The position numbers were made by a program, and so were the translations under genes. DNA of 64,000 nt from a bacterium (GTDB lineage: Bacteria > Patescibacteriota > Minisyncoccia > Phycocordibacterales > UBA9973). Positions 20,401 through 30,155 of this stretch are shown piece after piece (within the stretch, counting starts at the first letter, position 1; every line of letters begins with the position of its first letter). The DNA is taken from positions 16,892 through 80,891 of the forward strand of contig JBAWZD010000001.1 in NCBI GenBank assembly GCA_037143195.1, read 5' to 3'. The notes under the pieces are model-generated. The model had not been told where the DNA came from, ran no database searches, and worked only from the letters and a program-made list of their open reading frames with translations.

Positions 20401-21113
20401 TGCCAAAGAACCCAGCTGTCGTATGTCATGAAGATGGAACCGTTATCGAGGTTCGTCCAAATGGAGCAGAACGTGCAATCGTTGTTCTCCATGACACAAA
20501 GGTAGATGGAAAGAGTAACGAAACAACATACGAACTTCCACCACACCGTCTTCCAATCGTGCAAAAGGGTGCAGCCGTTAAGAAGGGTGAACTCATGACA
20601 GATGGATCAGCTGACATCGCCGAAATCTTCAAGTTTGGAGGTCGCGAGCGCGCAGAAGAATACATCATTCACGAAATCAACAAGGTGTACGAATTGCAGG
20701 GTGCTTCGATCGCGCGTAAGCACATCGAAATCATCATTCGTCAGATGTTCAGTCGTAAGAAGGTTAAGGACGCTGGAGAGACAGGATTCTCACCAAGTGA
20801 GATTGTCGAAACAGTTGAACTTCTCGACGAGAACGCACTCATGAAGACACAAGGACGTACAGAAGCGAAAGCAGAGTCACTCGTGCTCGGAATCTCCGAG
20901 ACAGCGCTCACAACCAAGAGTTGGCTTTCAGCGGCATCCTTCCAGAACACGAACCGTGTGCTCATCACCAACGCAATCCGTGGTGGCGTAGATACACTTC
21001 GCGGTCTCAAGGAGAATGTCATTATCGGACGTCTCATTCCAGCAGGTACTGGATATGGTGCTCATGAAGAGCGTCCTGTTGCTCCTGAGTCAGATCAGAA
21101 GCAGGCAGAATAA
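17481..21113 (+). CDS. rpoC: DNA-directed RNA polymerase subunit beta'
   Basis: Zn finger CYCGKY...CEKCGVEV, catalytic NADFDGDQMAV, and trigger-loop/bridge-helix blocks. Confidence 0.97.
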   Translation: MKTIDTNSDFESISLKLASPDRIRDWSYGEVTKPETINYRTGRSERGGLFDERIFGPEKDYECYCGKYRRIRYKDIVCEKCGVEVTRSIVRRERMGHIELATPVAHIWFLRGVPSRMSTLLNITATDLEKVIYFAGYIIMKVYQEEKDKLLKNLENEYKTKVKSSADEETKTKLKELLMTAKKEIGEIYEGKVLTEIAYHRYSLKYGTCFEASIGAEAIYAVLKNLDLKKLQEISEAAHEKASAVEREKLEKRLSLIRSMITSGIRPEWMFLTVIPVIPPALRPMVALDGGRHATSDINDLYRRVINRNNRLAKLKGIGAPDVILRNEKRILQEAVDALIDNSIARQNDSVAMNQAQRRALKSLSDNLKSKQGLFRQNLLGKRVDYSGRSVIVVGPSLKLSQCGLPKHMALELFRPFVISKLIAQELAYNIRGANRLIEDGIPEVWAILEEVIKGKRVLLNRAPTLHRLGIQAFQPVLIEGNAIQVHPLVCPAFNADFDGDQMAVYVPLSKAAQNEAEDRMASNKNLLKPQNGDPITSPRMDMALGCFWMTKVGINETGEGMMFSSPNQAITAYDFKAVSLRAKIKVLGTDSQKYQPFNKQPFETTVGRLLFNSILPEDFPFLNETINQKRLNGLVDEFIMHYGIDETPKVLDKIKTFGFTYSTKSGISWGIDNIHVPAGKPEAVKRGRAKEFEVINQYNEGLLSEEEKYRKTIEIWEGVKKEIEGMLPATLVEGSSASDMITSGARGSMSNLSQMAGMKGLIISPSGRTIDFPIVPSFKEGFSPIEYFITTHGSRKGLADTALNTAKAGYLTRRLVDVAQDVVITEEDCGTKDGKMMIKDNVLGIEIPISKTLRGRVLAADLKDKEGNIIHKRGFLVNKEEAMRLEKIGVTEAFVRSPLTCKTTYGICQACYGLDLGRNTLVKVGEAVGIVAAQAIGEPGTQLTLRTFHAGGVAGVDITAGLPRVEEIFERRLPKNPAVVCHEDGTVIEVRPNGAERAIVVLHDTKVDGKSNETTYELPPHRLPIVQKGAAVKKGELMTDGSADIAEIFKFGGRERAEEYIIHEINKVYELQGASIARKHIEIIIRQMFSRKKVKDAGETGFSPSEIVETVELLDENALMKTQGRTEAKAESLVLGISETALTTKSWLSAASFQNTNRVLITNAIRGGVDTLRGLKENVIIGRLIPAGTGYGAHEERPVAPESDQKQAE

Positions 21114-21120
21114 AAGGGGA

Positions 21121-21147
21121 GGCGCCGAGGACTTCGTCCTCGGCGCC
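21121..21147 (+). terminator. GC-rich 12-bp perfect hairpin (ggcgccgaggac/gtcctcggcgcc) after rpoC; no T-run, so it may be an attenuator or processing structure rather than a terminator
   Basis: Read directly. It lies 8 nt after the rpoC stop and 40 nt before dnaG. Confidence 0.4.
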
Positions 21148-21188
21148 GTGCGTGGGGCACATGTGTCATTGCTTTCAAAAAACAAATC

Positions 21189-22985
21189 ATGTCTTCTTCA
21201 GTTGAAAAAATTAAGGAACGACTCTCAATTGTTGATGTGATTTCTTCGTACTTAAAACTCGAAAAATCAGGAAGTAATTACAAGGCTCCGTGTCCTTTTC
21301 ACAACGAAAAAACACCGTCATTTTTTGTTTCGCCGTCACGCAATAGTTACTATTGTTTCGGCTGTGGCGCCAAAGGCGACATCTTTACGTTCGTCGAGCA
21401 GTTTGAGGGACTCGATTTCAAAGGCTCCCTCAAGCAACTCGCCGCACGTGCAGGTGTTGATCTTGAACCATATCGAGGAAGTGACCCGAAAGAAAAAAAT
21501 GAAAAAGATCGTCTCCATGAACTCATGGAAGCGGCGTGTGCGTTCTATCAATCCGAATTGAAAACATGTTCTGATGCACTCGCATATCTCACGAAGCGTG
21601 GTGTCAAAGATATGACGCTCGCACATTTTCGTATCGGGTATGCGCCAAAAGAATGGCGCGCACTTGCGAACGCACTTCGCAAACAAGGCTTCACTGATAC
21701 TGAGATTGTGCTCGCTGGTCTCGCGAAACATCCTGACGAAAATCCAAGTGGCGATATCTATGATCGCTTCCGCGATCGAGTCATGTTCCCAATCAGTGAC
21801 ACGAGTGGACGCATCATCGCCTTTAGTGGACGAATGCTTCATGATGATGGTTCTGGAATGCAGGGAAAATATATCAACTCACCAGAGACGCCGATCTTCA
21901 AAAAGGGAAGTACACTCTACGGGCTTGATAAGGCAAAGTTTGAAATCCGAAAACGTGATGCTGCTATCCTTGTCGAAGGACAAATGGATTTGGTGCTTTC
22001 GCATCAAGCAGGATTTACGAACACAGTCGCCTCAAGTGGTACAGCGCTCGGAGATTCGCTCATTGCTGATACTGACAAAGGTTTGCTCTCAGGTCTTGGC
22101 GCAGTGCATGCACTCACCAAAAATCTCATTGTTGCATTTGATGCAGACAAGGCCGGACTTCGTGCCGCCGGTCGTGCTGAGAAGATTGGATTGTCGCTTG
22201 GGATGAATGTGAAGATTGCCAAGCTTCCGTCGGGTCTTGATCCAGCAGATACAATCCTCACAAAGGGTGCAGAAGAATGGAAAAAGATTGTTGATACAGC
22301 ACAGCATATCGTCCTCTTGTATCTCTCTGTGCTCATGGAGCACCCACTCAGTGAGCTCACACGCGCACGCGCAATTCGAGACAAGATATTGCCGTATATC
22401 GCAGTGATGCCGAGTGCTGTTGAGCGAGTGCACTTCATCCGTGAGATTGCCGTAAAGACCGGTATTCCTGAGGAAGCACTAGCTGAAGATGTTGTTCGAT
22501 TGCTCGTTGCAACACCAGCATCTGCGCCTAAAAATCAGTCACCAGTGGTGCAACCAAATACGGTGAGTGCGGGAGTCGTGCGAACCACACGCATTCTTGA
22601 TCGATTGCTCGGCGTTGTGTTTTGGCAAGAGACGATTTCCGGATCTGTTATTCCGATTGATTCAGTCAAGGAACGCATCAAAAGTATCATTGGCGCCGAA
22701 TCATTTGAACGTATGATGACGATGCCGAATGACAAAAAAAATGAACGTATTTTTGAAGTCGAACTTGTGTATCAAGATTCAAAAGATTTGAAAGAAGACG
22801 TTGAAGAATTACTCGATAATTTGGAAGAAGAAACGCTCGGAAGAGCACTCGAGGCTTTGATGGCAAAGATGTCGCATGCTGAGAGAGGTGAAGACGGCGA
22901 GGTCCTTCAATCCTTGCTCGCCGAATCACAGAAGATAAGCGCACGCCTCAATACCATTAAAAGCAGTCGATTTTTACATAATTAA
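21189..22985 (+). CDS. dnaG: DNA primase
   Basis: Zinc-binding [11 protein letters not shown]...[11 protein letters not shown] and a TOPRIM region (EGQMDLV...DAD). Confidence 0.9.
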   Translation: MSSSVEKIKERLSIVDVISSYLKLEKSGSNYKAPCPFHNEKTPSFFVSPSRNSYYCFGCGAKGDIFTFVEQFEGLDFKGSLKQLAARAGVDLEPYRGSDPKEKNEKDRLHELMEAACAFYQSELKTCSDALAYLTKRGVKDMTLAHFRIGYAPKEWRALANALRKQGFTDTEIVLAGLAKHPDENPSGDIYDRFRDRVMFPISDTSGRIIAFSGRMLHDDGSGMQGKYINSPETPIFKKGSTLYGLDKAKFEIRKRDAAILVEGQMDLVLSHQAGFTNTVASSGTALGDSLIADTDKGLLSGLGAVHALTKNLIVAFDADKAGLRAAGRAEKIGLSLGMNVKIAKLPSGLDPADTILTKGAEEWKKIVDTAQHIVLLYLSVLMEHPLSELTRARAIRDKILPYIAVMPSAVERVHFIREIAVKTGIPEEALAEDVVRLLVATPASAPKNQSPVVQPNTVSAGVVRTTRILDRLLGVVFWQETISGSVIPIDSVKERIKSIIGAESFERMMTMPNDKKNERIFEVELVYQDSKDLKEDVEELLDNLEEETLGRALEALMAKMSHAERGEDGEVLQSLLAESQKISARLNTIKSSRFLHN

Positions 22986-23017
22986 TTATTAGCGATCAGT
23001 TTGTTTTTAAACAATTT

Positions 23018-24319
23018 ATGGCAAAGAAAAAAGAAGTAAAAAAGAAGGTTGTTGCGAAGAAGCCTGCACCAAAACAGGCCGCTTCGAAGGCTGTCAAAAA
23101 GCCTGCAAAGAAAGTTGCTGTCAAAAAAGCTCCGGCTCCAAAAGTTGCGAAAGCGAAAAAGGTAGTCGTAAAAAAGCCTGTTCGCCAAAAGGCACAGAAG
23201 GGCAGTGGAGCAATTGCTGCAGGACGTGTTGCTGCCAAGAAACAGCAAAAAGGCAAAATGACACCGACTGATCGCGCCGATGATCTCGTGATGAAAGGGA
23301 AGAAGCGCGGATTCGTCACGTTCGACGAAATCTTGCGTTCGTTCCCAAACATTGAGACGAATATCGACTTCCTCGATGAACTCTACGAGAAACTCACGAC
23401 CGCTGGTATTGATGTACTCGAAGGAGGAAATTTGCTCGATATCGACCTCGCTGAAGGTGACCACAAAGATGAGAAGAGTGACTCAAGTTATGACTCAATC
23501 CAAATGTATCTCAAAGAGATTGGTCAGTACCCACTCATTCAAGCAGGGGAAGAAAAGGAACTTGCAAAACGAATTCAAGCAGGTGACATGGAAGCCAAAA
23601 ATCTTCTTGCCCGTGCGAACCTTCGTCTCGTGGTTTCGATTGCTAAGAAATATGTTGGACGTTCAAGTGATTTGACGCTCCTCGACCTCATTCAAGAAGG
23701 GAACCTCGGTCTCTTCAAGGCCGTTGAGAAATTCGATTGGACAAAGGGATACAAATTCTCAACATACGCAACATGGTGGATTCGTCAATCAATCACTCGA
23801 GCGCTCGCCGACCAATCACGTACGATTCGTATTCCGGTGCACATGGTTGAAACTATCTCAAAATACAAACAGGTCTACCGCCGTCTCGCACAAGACCTCG
23901 GCCGTGATCCACTTGCCGAAGAAATTGCAACTGAAATGGGTATCGATGTTGAAAAAGTTCACGTCATTGAAAATATTTCTCAGGACACCGTTTCGCTCGA
24001 ACAGCCAATCGGTGATGATGATGAAAAATCAACTCGTGGAGAATTCATTGCTGACGACAAGATTCTTCGTCCAGACCAAGAAGCATCACGACGCATTCTC
24101 ACCGATCAGATTCGTGGCGTGCTCGAAGAACTCTCACCAAAGGAGCGCAAGATTCTTGAGATGCGTTACGGTCTCTCTGATGGGGTACAACACACGCTCG
24201 AAGAAGTGGGCACAGAGTTTGGTGTGACGCGTGAACGTATTCGTCAGATTGAGGCGAAGGTACATGAGAAACTTCGCACTCACGAGCGCATTCTCCGTTT
24301 GAAGAATTATTTTGATTAA
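23018..24319 (+). CDS. rpoD: RNA polymerase sigma-70 factor with an ~80-aa Lys/Ala/Pro-rich N-terminal extension
   Basis: Regions 1.2 to 4.2 present ([29 protein letters not shown], the region 4 [23 protein letters not shown]). The N-terminus is KKxAxK repeats. Confidence 0.93.
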   Translation: MAKKKEVKKKVVAKKPAPKQAASKAVKKPAKKVAVKKAPAPKVAKAKKVVVKKPVRQKAQKGSGAIAAGRVAAKKQQKGKMTPTDRADDLVMKGKKRGFVTFDEILRSFPNIETNIDFLDELYEKLTTAGIDVLEGGNLLDIDLAEGDHKDEKSDSSYDSIQMYLKEIGQYPLIQAGEEKELAKRIQAGDMEAKNLLARANLRLVVSIAKKYVGRSSDLTLLDLIQEGNLGLFKAVEKFDWTKGYKFSTYATWWIRQSITRALADQSRTIRIPVHMVETISKYKQVYRRLAQDLGRDPLAEEIATEMGIDVEKVHVIENISQDTVSLEQPIGDDDEKSTRGEFIADDKILRPDQEASRRILTDQIRGVLEELSPKERKILEMRYGLSDGVQHTLEEVGTEFGVTRERIRQIEAKVHEKLRTHERILRLKNYFD

Positions 24320-24330
24320 AGTCTAGCGAA

Positions 24331-24370
24331 AGCGCGAAAAAACCCTTCTGTAGAAGGGTTTTTTCGCGCT
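24331..24370. terminator. Intrinsic terminator after rpoD; a 17-bp perfect stem includes the A6/T6 tracts
   Basis: agcgcgaaaaaaccctt / aagggttttttcgcgct with a 6-nt loop. Confidence 0.7.
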
Positions 24371-24432
24371 TGTTGCGCACTTTTGTTTTGTATGGTATTA
24401 TATGCATGTATTTGTTCTCACCAAATGTCCGT

Positions 24433-25671
24433 ATGCACACAGTGAAAGAACAAGCCGAAAAGGCAAAACAAGCATCTCATATCTTGCGCAAAGCTTCGAG
24501 CACCGCAAAAAACGAGTTTCTTCGAGTGCTCGCACTTGAGCTTGAACAGAAACTTCCACTCATTCTTTCCGAAAACCAAATTGATCTCGATGAAAATCCA
24601 ACCATCACAAGCGCTATGCGAAAGCGTTTGCTTTTGAGTGAGCAGGGGCTCACCAGTATCATTGCGGGTGTCAGAGAAATGCTCGACTTTCCAGATCCTG
24701 TTGGGTCAATCGTCAAAGACACCGTTCGCCCTGACGGGCTCCGTATCAAAAAAGTCCGCGCTCCGATTGGAGTCATCGCCTGTATTTTTGAATCACGTCC
24801 AAACGTCATCATTGATGTCGCAATTTTGTGTGTCAAAAGTGGCAACGCCGTCATTGTGCGCGGTGGTAAGGAAGCAGCTCACTCAAACACAATTTTGCTC
24901 TCATGTATCGAAACGGCACTCAAAGCCTCAGGCCTTCCAACTGAATCCGTACAACAGCTCGAAGATCGTCGTCACGAAGCAGTATACGAACTCGTCGCAA
25001 TGGAAGAATACCTCGACCTTGTCATTCCCCGTGGACGCAAGGAGCTCATTGATGCAGTCTCGGCACACTCACGTGTGCCTGTTATGAAGCATTCTCGGGG
25101 ACTCTGTCATTGCTATATCGACATTGATGCAAATCCTGAAAAAGCAGTTGCGATTGCGGTGAATGCAAAGACTTCAAATCCTGCAACGTGTAACTCAATC
25201 GAAACGATTCTCGTCCACAAAGATATCGCGGACAGTGTCATGCCAGAATTGCTCAAACAATTGTTCGCCAAGAACGTTGAAGTACGTGGTGATGAGAAAA
25301 CTCGAGCATATTCACCACTCTGTAAAGTTGCGACCGAAGACGACTGGGCAGAAGAATATCTCGACCTCGTCGTTTCGATTAAAGTTGTCGATTCATATGC
25401 CGATGCGATTCACCACATCGATACATATAGCTCGCATCTCACTGATTCTATCGTGACTGAAAACAAAACGACGGCACAAACATTTGAACTTGATATTGAT
25501 AGCGCTTCAGTGCTCGTGAATGCTTCAAATCGATTGACCGACGGAGGAGTGTTCGGACTCGGTGGTGAAATCGGTATCAGTACCTGCCGTATTCACATGC
25601 GTGGGCCAATGGGTCTTGAAGACCTTACCGTAACGAAATATATCGTCGAAGGTGACGGACATATTCGTTAA
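24433..25671 (+). CDS. proA: Gamma-glutamyl phosphate reductase
   Basis: Aldehyde-dehydrogenase-fold ProA motifs (IESRPNVI, VIVRGGKEA, TCNSIETILVH). The ATG at 24433 is preferred because the upstream extension runs through the rpoD terminator. Confidence 0.85.
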   Translation: MHTVKEQAEKAKQASHILRKASSTAKNEFLRVLALELEQKLPLILSENQIDLDENPTITSAMRKRLLLSEQGLTSIIAGVREMLDFPDPVGSIVKDTVRPDGLRIKKVRAPIGVIACIFESRPNVIIDVAILCVKSGNAVIVRGGKEAAHSNTILLSCIETALKASGLPTESVQQLEDRRHEAVYELVAMEEYLDLVIPRGRKELIDAVSAHSRVPVMKHSRGLCHCYIDIDANPEKAVAIAVNAKTSNPATCNSIETILVHKDIADSVMPELLKQLFAKNVEVRGDEKTRAYSPLCKVATEDDWAEEYLDLVVSIKVVDSYADAIHHIDTYSSHLTDSIVTENKTTAQTFELDIDSASVLVNASNRLTDGGVFGLGGEIGISTCRIHMRGPMGLEDLTVTKYIVEGDGHIR

Positions 25672-25675
25672 ATCT

Positions 25676-26752
25676 ATGAACAAAGACCTTTACATCATTA
25701 AGATTGGAACGAATGCCTTGGTGAATGCCGATGGCACCATTATTGATTCGAGTGTTACTGAAATTTTACAGACAGCCAAAGAGGCTATGGCCCGTGGCAC
25801 GAACGTGCTTGTCGTCACGAGTGGCGCCGCTCGTCTTGGGAGACTTGCACTTAACGACCTCACTGCTCCAAAAAAAGTTGCCACCTGTGTCGGTCAGCCG
25901 ATTCTCTTTAGTGCTTGGCAGGAGCGTGCCAAGAAAGAACATATTATCCTCGCTGAATTTTTGATTTCACGCTCATCAATCATTCGCAAAGAATTATTCA
26001 TGTTGCTCCGTGATACGTTCAATAGTTTGTTTGAGCGCGGGATTATTCCTGTCGTGAATGAAAATGATGTAATGGTCAACGGCACCAACCTATCATTCGG
26101 AGAGGGAGGTAACGACAGTCTTGCCCAAGTCCTCGCTGTTGCTCTCAAAGCGACCAAACTCATCATCGTTTCAGATATCGAAGGCCTGTGTGATAGCGAC
26201 CCACGAGAGAACCCAAACGCAAAAGTGATTGCTGAAGTCGATGATATTACAGAGAAATTCATTAGTCTCTGTTCCAAGAGTAAATCTTCGCACAGTACCG
26301 GTGGTATGCTCTCGAAGCTTAAAGCGATTCGTATTTGTACCGCAGTCGGAGTCGAGTCATATATCGTGAGTGGATTGAAGCACGGCAATCTCACGCGTGT
26401 CATGCGCGGGGAACAAGCAGGAACCAAATTCCTGTCTCGACCACTCGGTAAAAAAGTTACAGAACGAGAACGCTGGATTTTGGCTGCAAAGAGTTCGACG
26501 GGTTCGATTGTTATCGACAAGGGAGCAGTCGAGGCTGTACAAAACGGGGCGAGCTTGCTCGCTGTTGGCGTCAAAAAAGTGTATGGGTATTTTAACGAAA
26601 AGGAGGTGATTGAAATCGTTGATCAAAAAAATCAGGGTATCGCATTTGGTATTGTCGATATGTCGTGCGTTGAGATTGACGCAATGCTTCGTACCAAAGA
26701 TATGCACCAGAAGTTGCTCGTGCATGCCAATAATTTGTTTTTGCTCAAATAA
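25676..26752 (+). CDS. proB: Glutamate 5-kinase with a C-terminal PUA domain
   Basis: Amino-acid kinase fold (IIKIGTNAL...VVTSGA) plus a PUA domain (GSIVIDKGAVEAVQNGASLLAVGV). Confidence 0.85.
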   Translation: MNKDLYIIKIGTNALVNADGTIIDSSVTEILQTAKEAMARGTNVLVVTSGAARLGRLALNDLTAPKKVATCVGQPILFSAWQERAKKEHIILAEFLISRSSIIRKELFMLLRDTFNSLFERGIIPVVNENDVMVNGTNLSFGEGGNDSLAQVLAVALKATKLIIVSDIEGLCDSDPRENPNAKVIAEVDDITEKFISLCSKSKSSHSTGGMLSKLKAIRICTAVGVESYIVSGLKHGNLTRVMRGEQAGTKFLSRPLGKKVTERERWILAAKSSTGSIVIDKGAVEAVQNGASLLAVGVKKVYGYFNEKEVIEIVDQKNQGIAFGIVDMSCVEIDAMLRTKDMHQKLLVHANNLFLLK

Positions 26753-26761
26753 TATTTTGCT

Positions 26762-27571
26762 ATGAAAAACTCACAACACATCTGTATCATTGGTGCTGGC
26801 GCAATGGGTGGAGCTATCGCGGGAGCCCTCGCAATCGGAGCAAACAAAAACGATTGGAAGATTACCGTTATTGCTCGACACATGGAAAAGCTTGAGCCAC
26901 TCAAGCGCGCACATCGTTCGATTGGCGTTACAACCTCGTACAAGGTACTTGCCGATGCTAGTGTGGTAATCGTTGCGGTCAAACCACAATCGTTTGATGA
27001 GCTTGCAGGGGAGATAGCTCCGATTGTGAATCAAGAAGCACTGCTTATCTCCGTTATGGCGGGACGATCGATTACAAGCATCGCAAAAAAAATGCCAAAC
27101 AAGCGCATTGTTCGCGCGATGCCAAACCTCGGTGCGCAATTTTTCGAATCGATGACTATCTGGACGGGAAGTGGACTCACCAAAAATGACAGTTTGTTTA
27201 CAAAAAAAATGCTCGGGTCATTCGGCGAAGAATTGTGTGTTGCGAGCGAAGATGCTGTCGATAAATCTACGGCCGTATCGGCGAGTGGAGTTGGATTTTT
27301 TGCATACATCGTGGAGGCATATATTCGCGAGACTGAGTCGCTCGGATTTTCGTATTTCGATGCGGAACGTATCGTGCTTCAAACCCTCAAAGCGACAAAT
27401 ACAATTTTGCAGAAAAAAGAAAAAACACCCGAACAGCTCCGAGTTGCAGTGACTTCAAAGGGAGGAACAACAGAGGCAGGACTCTCGGTGCTCATGGGTA
27501 AGTCGCTCGGAACACTGCTCCAAAAAACATTTAAAAAAGCATACCAGCGTGCAAAAGCGCTTGCACGATAA
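26762..27571 (+). CDS. proC: Pyrroline-5-carboxylate reductase
   Basis: Rossmann motif IGAGAMGGAI and the P5CR C-terminal dimerisation domain (SASGVGFFAY ... TSKGGTTEAGL). Confidence 0.85.
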   Translation: MKNSQHICIIGAGAMGGAIAGALAIGANKNDWKITVIARHMEKLEPLKRAHRSIGVTTSYKVLADASVVIVAVKPQSFDELAGEIAPIVNQEALLISVMAGRSITSIAKKMPNKRIVRAMPNLGAQFFESMTIWTGSGLTKNDSLFTKKMLGSFGEELCVASEDAVDKSTAVSASGVGFFAYIVEAYIRETESLGFSYFDAERIVLQTLKATNTILQKKEKTPEQLRVAVTSKGGTTEAGLSVLMGKSLGTLLQKTFKKAYQRAKALAR

Positions 27572-27626
27572 AACGAGTACCGTATAATAGAGGGGAAACA
27601 TACCCATTGTAGGGTAATTATTAGTA

Positions 27627-27899
27627 ATGTTTCGTATAAATTATATGATGAAAAAATGTATGTGTATGCCTGCAAAGGTAAGCGGTCTCCTTGTTTTTGT
27701 CGGAGGTTTGAACTGGGGTCTTGTTGGTCTTGGTATGTTCTTTGGCCACAATTGGAACCTCGTTACATTGCTCCTTGGCTCATGGCCAAAAGTTGAAGCT
27801 CTCGTCTACGTTCTCGTAGGTGTTGCAGCTGTTATGACACTCTTCGGATGCAAGTGTGCTAAGTGCAAGACTTGCATGGCAGGTGCTCAGCAGATGTAA
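27627..27899 (+). CDS. DUF378-family small membrane protein (the true start is probably the MMKK Met at 27645)
   Basis: Two hydrophobic helices with GGLNWGLVGL, the DUF378 signature. A strong terminator follows. Confidence 0.6.
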   Translation: MFRINYMMKKCMCMPAKVSGLLVFVGGLNWGLVGLGMFFGHNWNLVTLLLGSWPKVEALVYVLVGVAAVMTLFGCKCAKCKTCMAGAQQM

Positions 27900-27917
27900 T
27901 AGCTGGTTTTTGTTCAG

Positions 27918-27956
27918 AAAAGGGCGGTTTTCGCGGAGCGAAAACCGCCCTTTTTC
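27918..27956 (+). terminator. Intrinsic terminator
   Basis: Perfect 13-bp stem gggcggttttcgc/gcgaaaaccgccc with loop gga, followed by T5. Confidence 0.8.
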
Positions 27957-28001
27957 AATGGATTTCTGTGTTATTTTGTGCTATAATGCAAAAATACCGT
28001 T

Positions 28002-29249
28002 ATGGAGCAAGTGTTTAGCTTTATCTTCTATATTTTCACCTTTCTCGCCGTTTACGTCGAGGTTTTTTTTCTTGTTACGTATCTTGAACGTCGCAAGGAT
28101 ATCGTCATTCGTCTCGACGACAAACCGCATCGCGTGTATCCAAGCGTAACAGTCATTGTTCCTTGCTGGAACGAGCAGACGACAGTCCAAGGTACTGTTG
28201 AATCATTGCTCGCGCTTGATTATCCAAAAGACAAAATCAAGATTATGCTCATTGATGATGGTTCGACCGACAATACATGGAATGTGCTCCAGCAATTCGC
28301 CCATACCCCAAATATTGAAGTCATTCACAAGGAAAATGGTGGCAAACATACGGCAATGAACCTTGGTATCGAAAAGGCGACAACGGAAATGATTGGTTGT
28401 CTTGATGCTGATTCATACGTCACACCATCTGCGCTCAAGCGCATGATTCCGTACTTTGATGAGCCAACAGTCATGGCCGTTTCTCCGTCAATCATCGTCA
28501 AAGATCCCAAACGACCAATCGAGTGGGCCCAAAAAATAGAATACCAACTTTCTGTCTACATCAAGAAAATGCTCGGACTCATGAACGGTATCCATGTGAC
28601 CCCTGGGCCGTTTTCTATTTATCGCATCGAGGTATTCCAGAAGCTCGGACCATATCGTGAAGCGCACAAAACTGAAGATATGGAAATTGCATATCGCATG
28701 CACGAAGCTGGTATGCGTATCGAGCAGTGTCATGATGCGCAGGTGTTTACCAAGACCCCTCCGACGGCTGTCGCGCTCTACAAACAACGTAAGCGTTGGA
28801 TTTACGGGTTTATCAATAACACGATTGATTATCGACGTCTCATTTTCAAAGAAAAATACGGTGCGTTCGCACTCTTCACTATTCCAGCAGGTGTCATTTC
28901 TATTTTTTCTGCAATCTACCTGTTCATTTTTATGATCTATACCTTTGTAAAATTTATTTCAAATAAATTTACTGAATTTCAAGCAGTCGGTGTACATGTT
29001 GGTACCATTGTGCAACCGCAACAATTTAGTTGGTTTTACGTGAGTACACAGGCGGTATTTCTGATTACAATCCTTTTGTATGGATTCGTGTTTACGTCAC
29101 TCATGATCGGTGCAAAAATGTCGACAGGGAAGTGGAAGCCGTCGTTTGCTATGGTGTGGTACATCGCGATTTATAGTATTATTGCGCCGTTATGGATTAT
29201 ACGGGCCGTGATTAATACTGTGTTCCGACGTGAGACGGCGTGGAGATAA
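28002..29249 (+). CDS. Family-2 glycosyltransferase, membrane-embedded (processive synthase-like)
   Basis: An N-terminal transmembrane segment precedes the GT-A fold (VIVPCWNE, IDDGSTDNT, LDADS, QRKRW variant of QxxRW). The C-terminal half has multiple TM helices. Confidence 0.8.
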   Translation: MEQVFSFIFYIFTFLAVYVEVFFLVTYLERRKDIVIRLDDKPHRVYPSVTVIVPCWNEQTTVQGTVESLLALDYPKDKIKIMLIDDGSTDNTWNVLQQFAHTPNIEVIHKENGGKHTAMNLGIEKATTEMIGCLDADSYVTPSALKRMIPYFDEPTVMAVSPSIIVKDPKRPIEWAQKIEYQLSVYIKKMLGLMNGIHVTPGPFSIYRIEVFQKLGPYREAHKTEDMEIAYRMHEAGMRIEQCHDAQVFTKTPPTAVALYKQRKRWIYGFINNTIDYRRLIFKEKYGAFALFTIPAGVISIFSAIYLFIFMIYTFVKFISNKFTEFQAVGVHVGTIVQPQQFSWFYVSTQAVFLITILLYGFVFTSLMIGAKMSTGKWKPSFAMVWYIAIYSIIAPLWIIRAVINTVFRRETAWR

Positions 29250-29268
29250 AAATAATTAATATAACTAT

Positions 29269-29961
29269 ATGAATCAACATACTACAAAAAATACTGAACA
29301 CGATACTGGCTGGTCAAAATACCTCGTTGTTTTTCTTATTACTCTCGGCATTTTCATCACTGTTTTTTATGTGAGTGATGTCCTTACAAAACGAAAGCTT
29401 GCTGAATTGAACACGATTCAAAATAATATCTCTGTTGATTTACTCTCCGCCGAAACGCAGTATTCACTGCTTGGCGAATTGGATTGTTCTCAAGTGACGA
29501 GCACGGTGCTTTCAGACCAACTCAACGATCTTTCAAAAAAGATTGAGTATCTTGAGAATTCAAGTGGTAAATCAGATGAACTCACGCAGCTTGAAAAACA
29601 GTATTCATTGCTTGAGATCAAGGACTATCTTCTCATGAAAGAGATTACCAATCGTTGTGGTCAAAAGTCCGTTTTCATTTTGTACTTCTATACGACGAGC
29701 GACAATTGTAGCGAGTGTGTGAAGCAAGGATATGTGCTCACTGACCTTCGCCAAAAGTACCCAGCACTCCGCGTGTATTCTTTTGACTACGGTTTGAATC
29801 TCTCAGCCGTTGAGACACTCATCAAAATATACGGCATCAAAGACACAGAACTTCCAGCGCTCGTTTCAGACAGGCAAGTCTATACTGGTTTCCATAGTGT
29901 TAGCGACATCGAAAAACTCATTCCGAAATTGAAAGCTACACTTCCAAGTGTAAAAAATTAG
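29269..29961 (+). CDS. Membrane-anchored thioredoxin-like protein (CxxC = CSEC)
   Basis: N-terminal TM helix, a coiled segment, and a C-terminal thioredoxin-like region (ILYFYTTSDNCSECVKQ). Confidence 0.5.
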   Translation: MNQHTTKNTEHDTGWSKYLVVFLITLGIFITVFYVSDVLTKRKLAELNTIQNNISVDLLSAETQYSLLGELDCSQVTSTVLSDQLNDLSKKIEYLENSSGKSDELTQLEKQYSLLEIKDYLLMKEITNRCGQKSVFILYFYTTSDNCSECVKQGYVLTDLRQKYPALRVYSFDYGLNLSAVETLIKIYGIKDTELPALVSDRQVYTGFHSVSDIEKLIPKLKATLPSVKN

Positions 29962-29981
29962 AGTATACTATACTCGGCATT

Positions 29982-30146
29982 ATGGTTTCAGTAACAGAAC
30001 AAATTCAGGCTGTTTGTGATAAAGCCGTTGAAGAACTTCGTATTCTTGGCAAAGAGCGCCGAATGATAATCCGAGAATATATAAAGGAACTAGAGGCAAA
30101 GAAAATGCAAAATGTTCACGATGAGCTCAACGATTTATTGAAATAA
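29982..30146 (+). CDS. Possible small (54 aa) coiled-coil protein, not in the ORF track
   Basis: In-frame ATG...TAA read manually (MVSVTEQIQAVCDKAVEELRILGKERRMIIREYIKELEAKKMQNVHDELNDLLK). It is tightly packed between neighbouring genes. Confidence 0.3.
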   Translation: MVSVTEQIQAVCDKAVEELRILGKERRMIIREYIKELEAKKMQNVHDELNDLLK

Positions 30147-30155
30147 TATATTTTT

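Noticed and set aside
25894-26574. 226-aa minus-strand ORF
   Set aside because: Antisense to proB. No independent signals.
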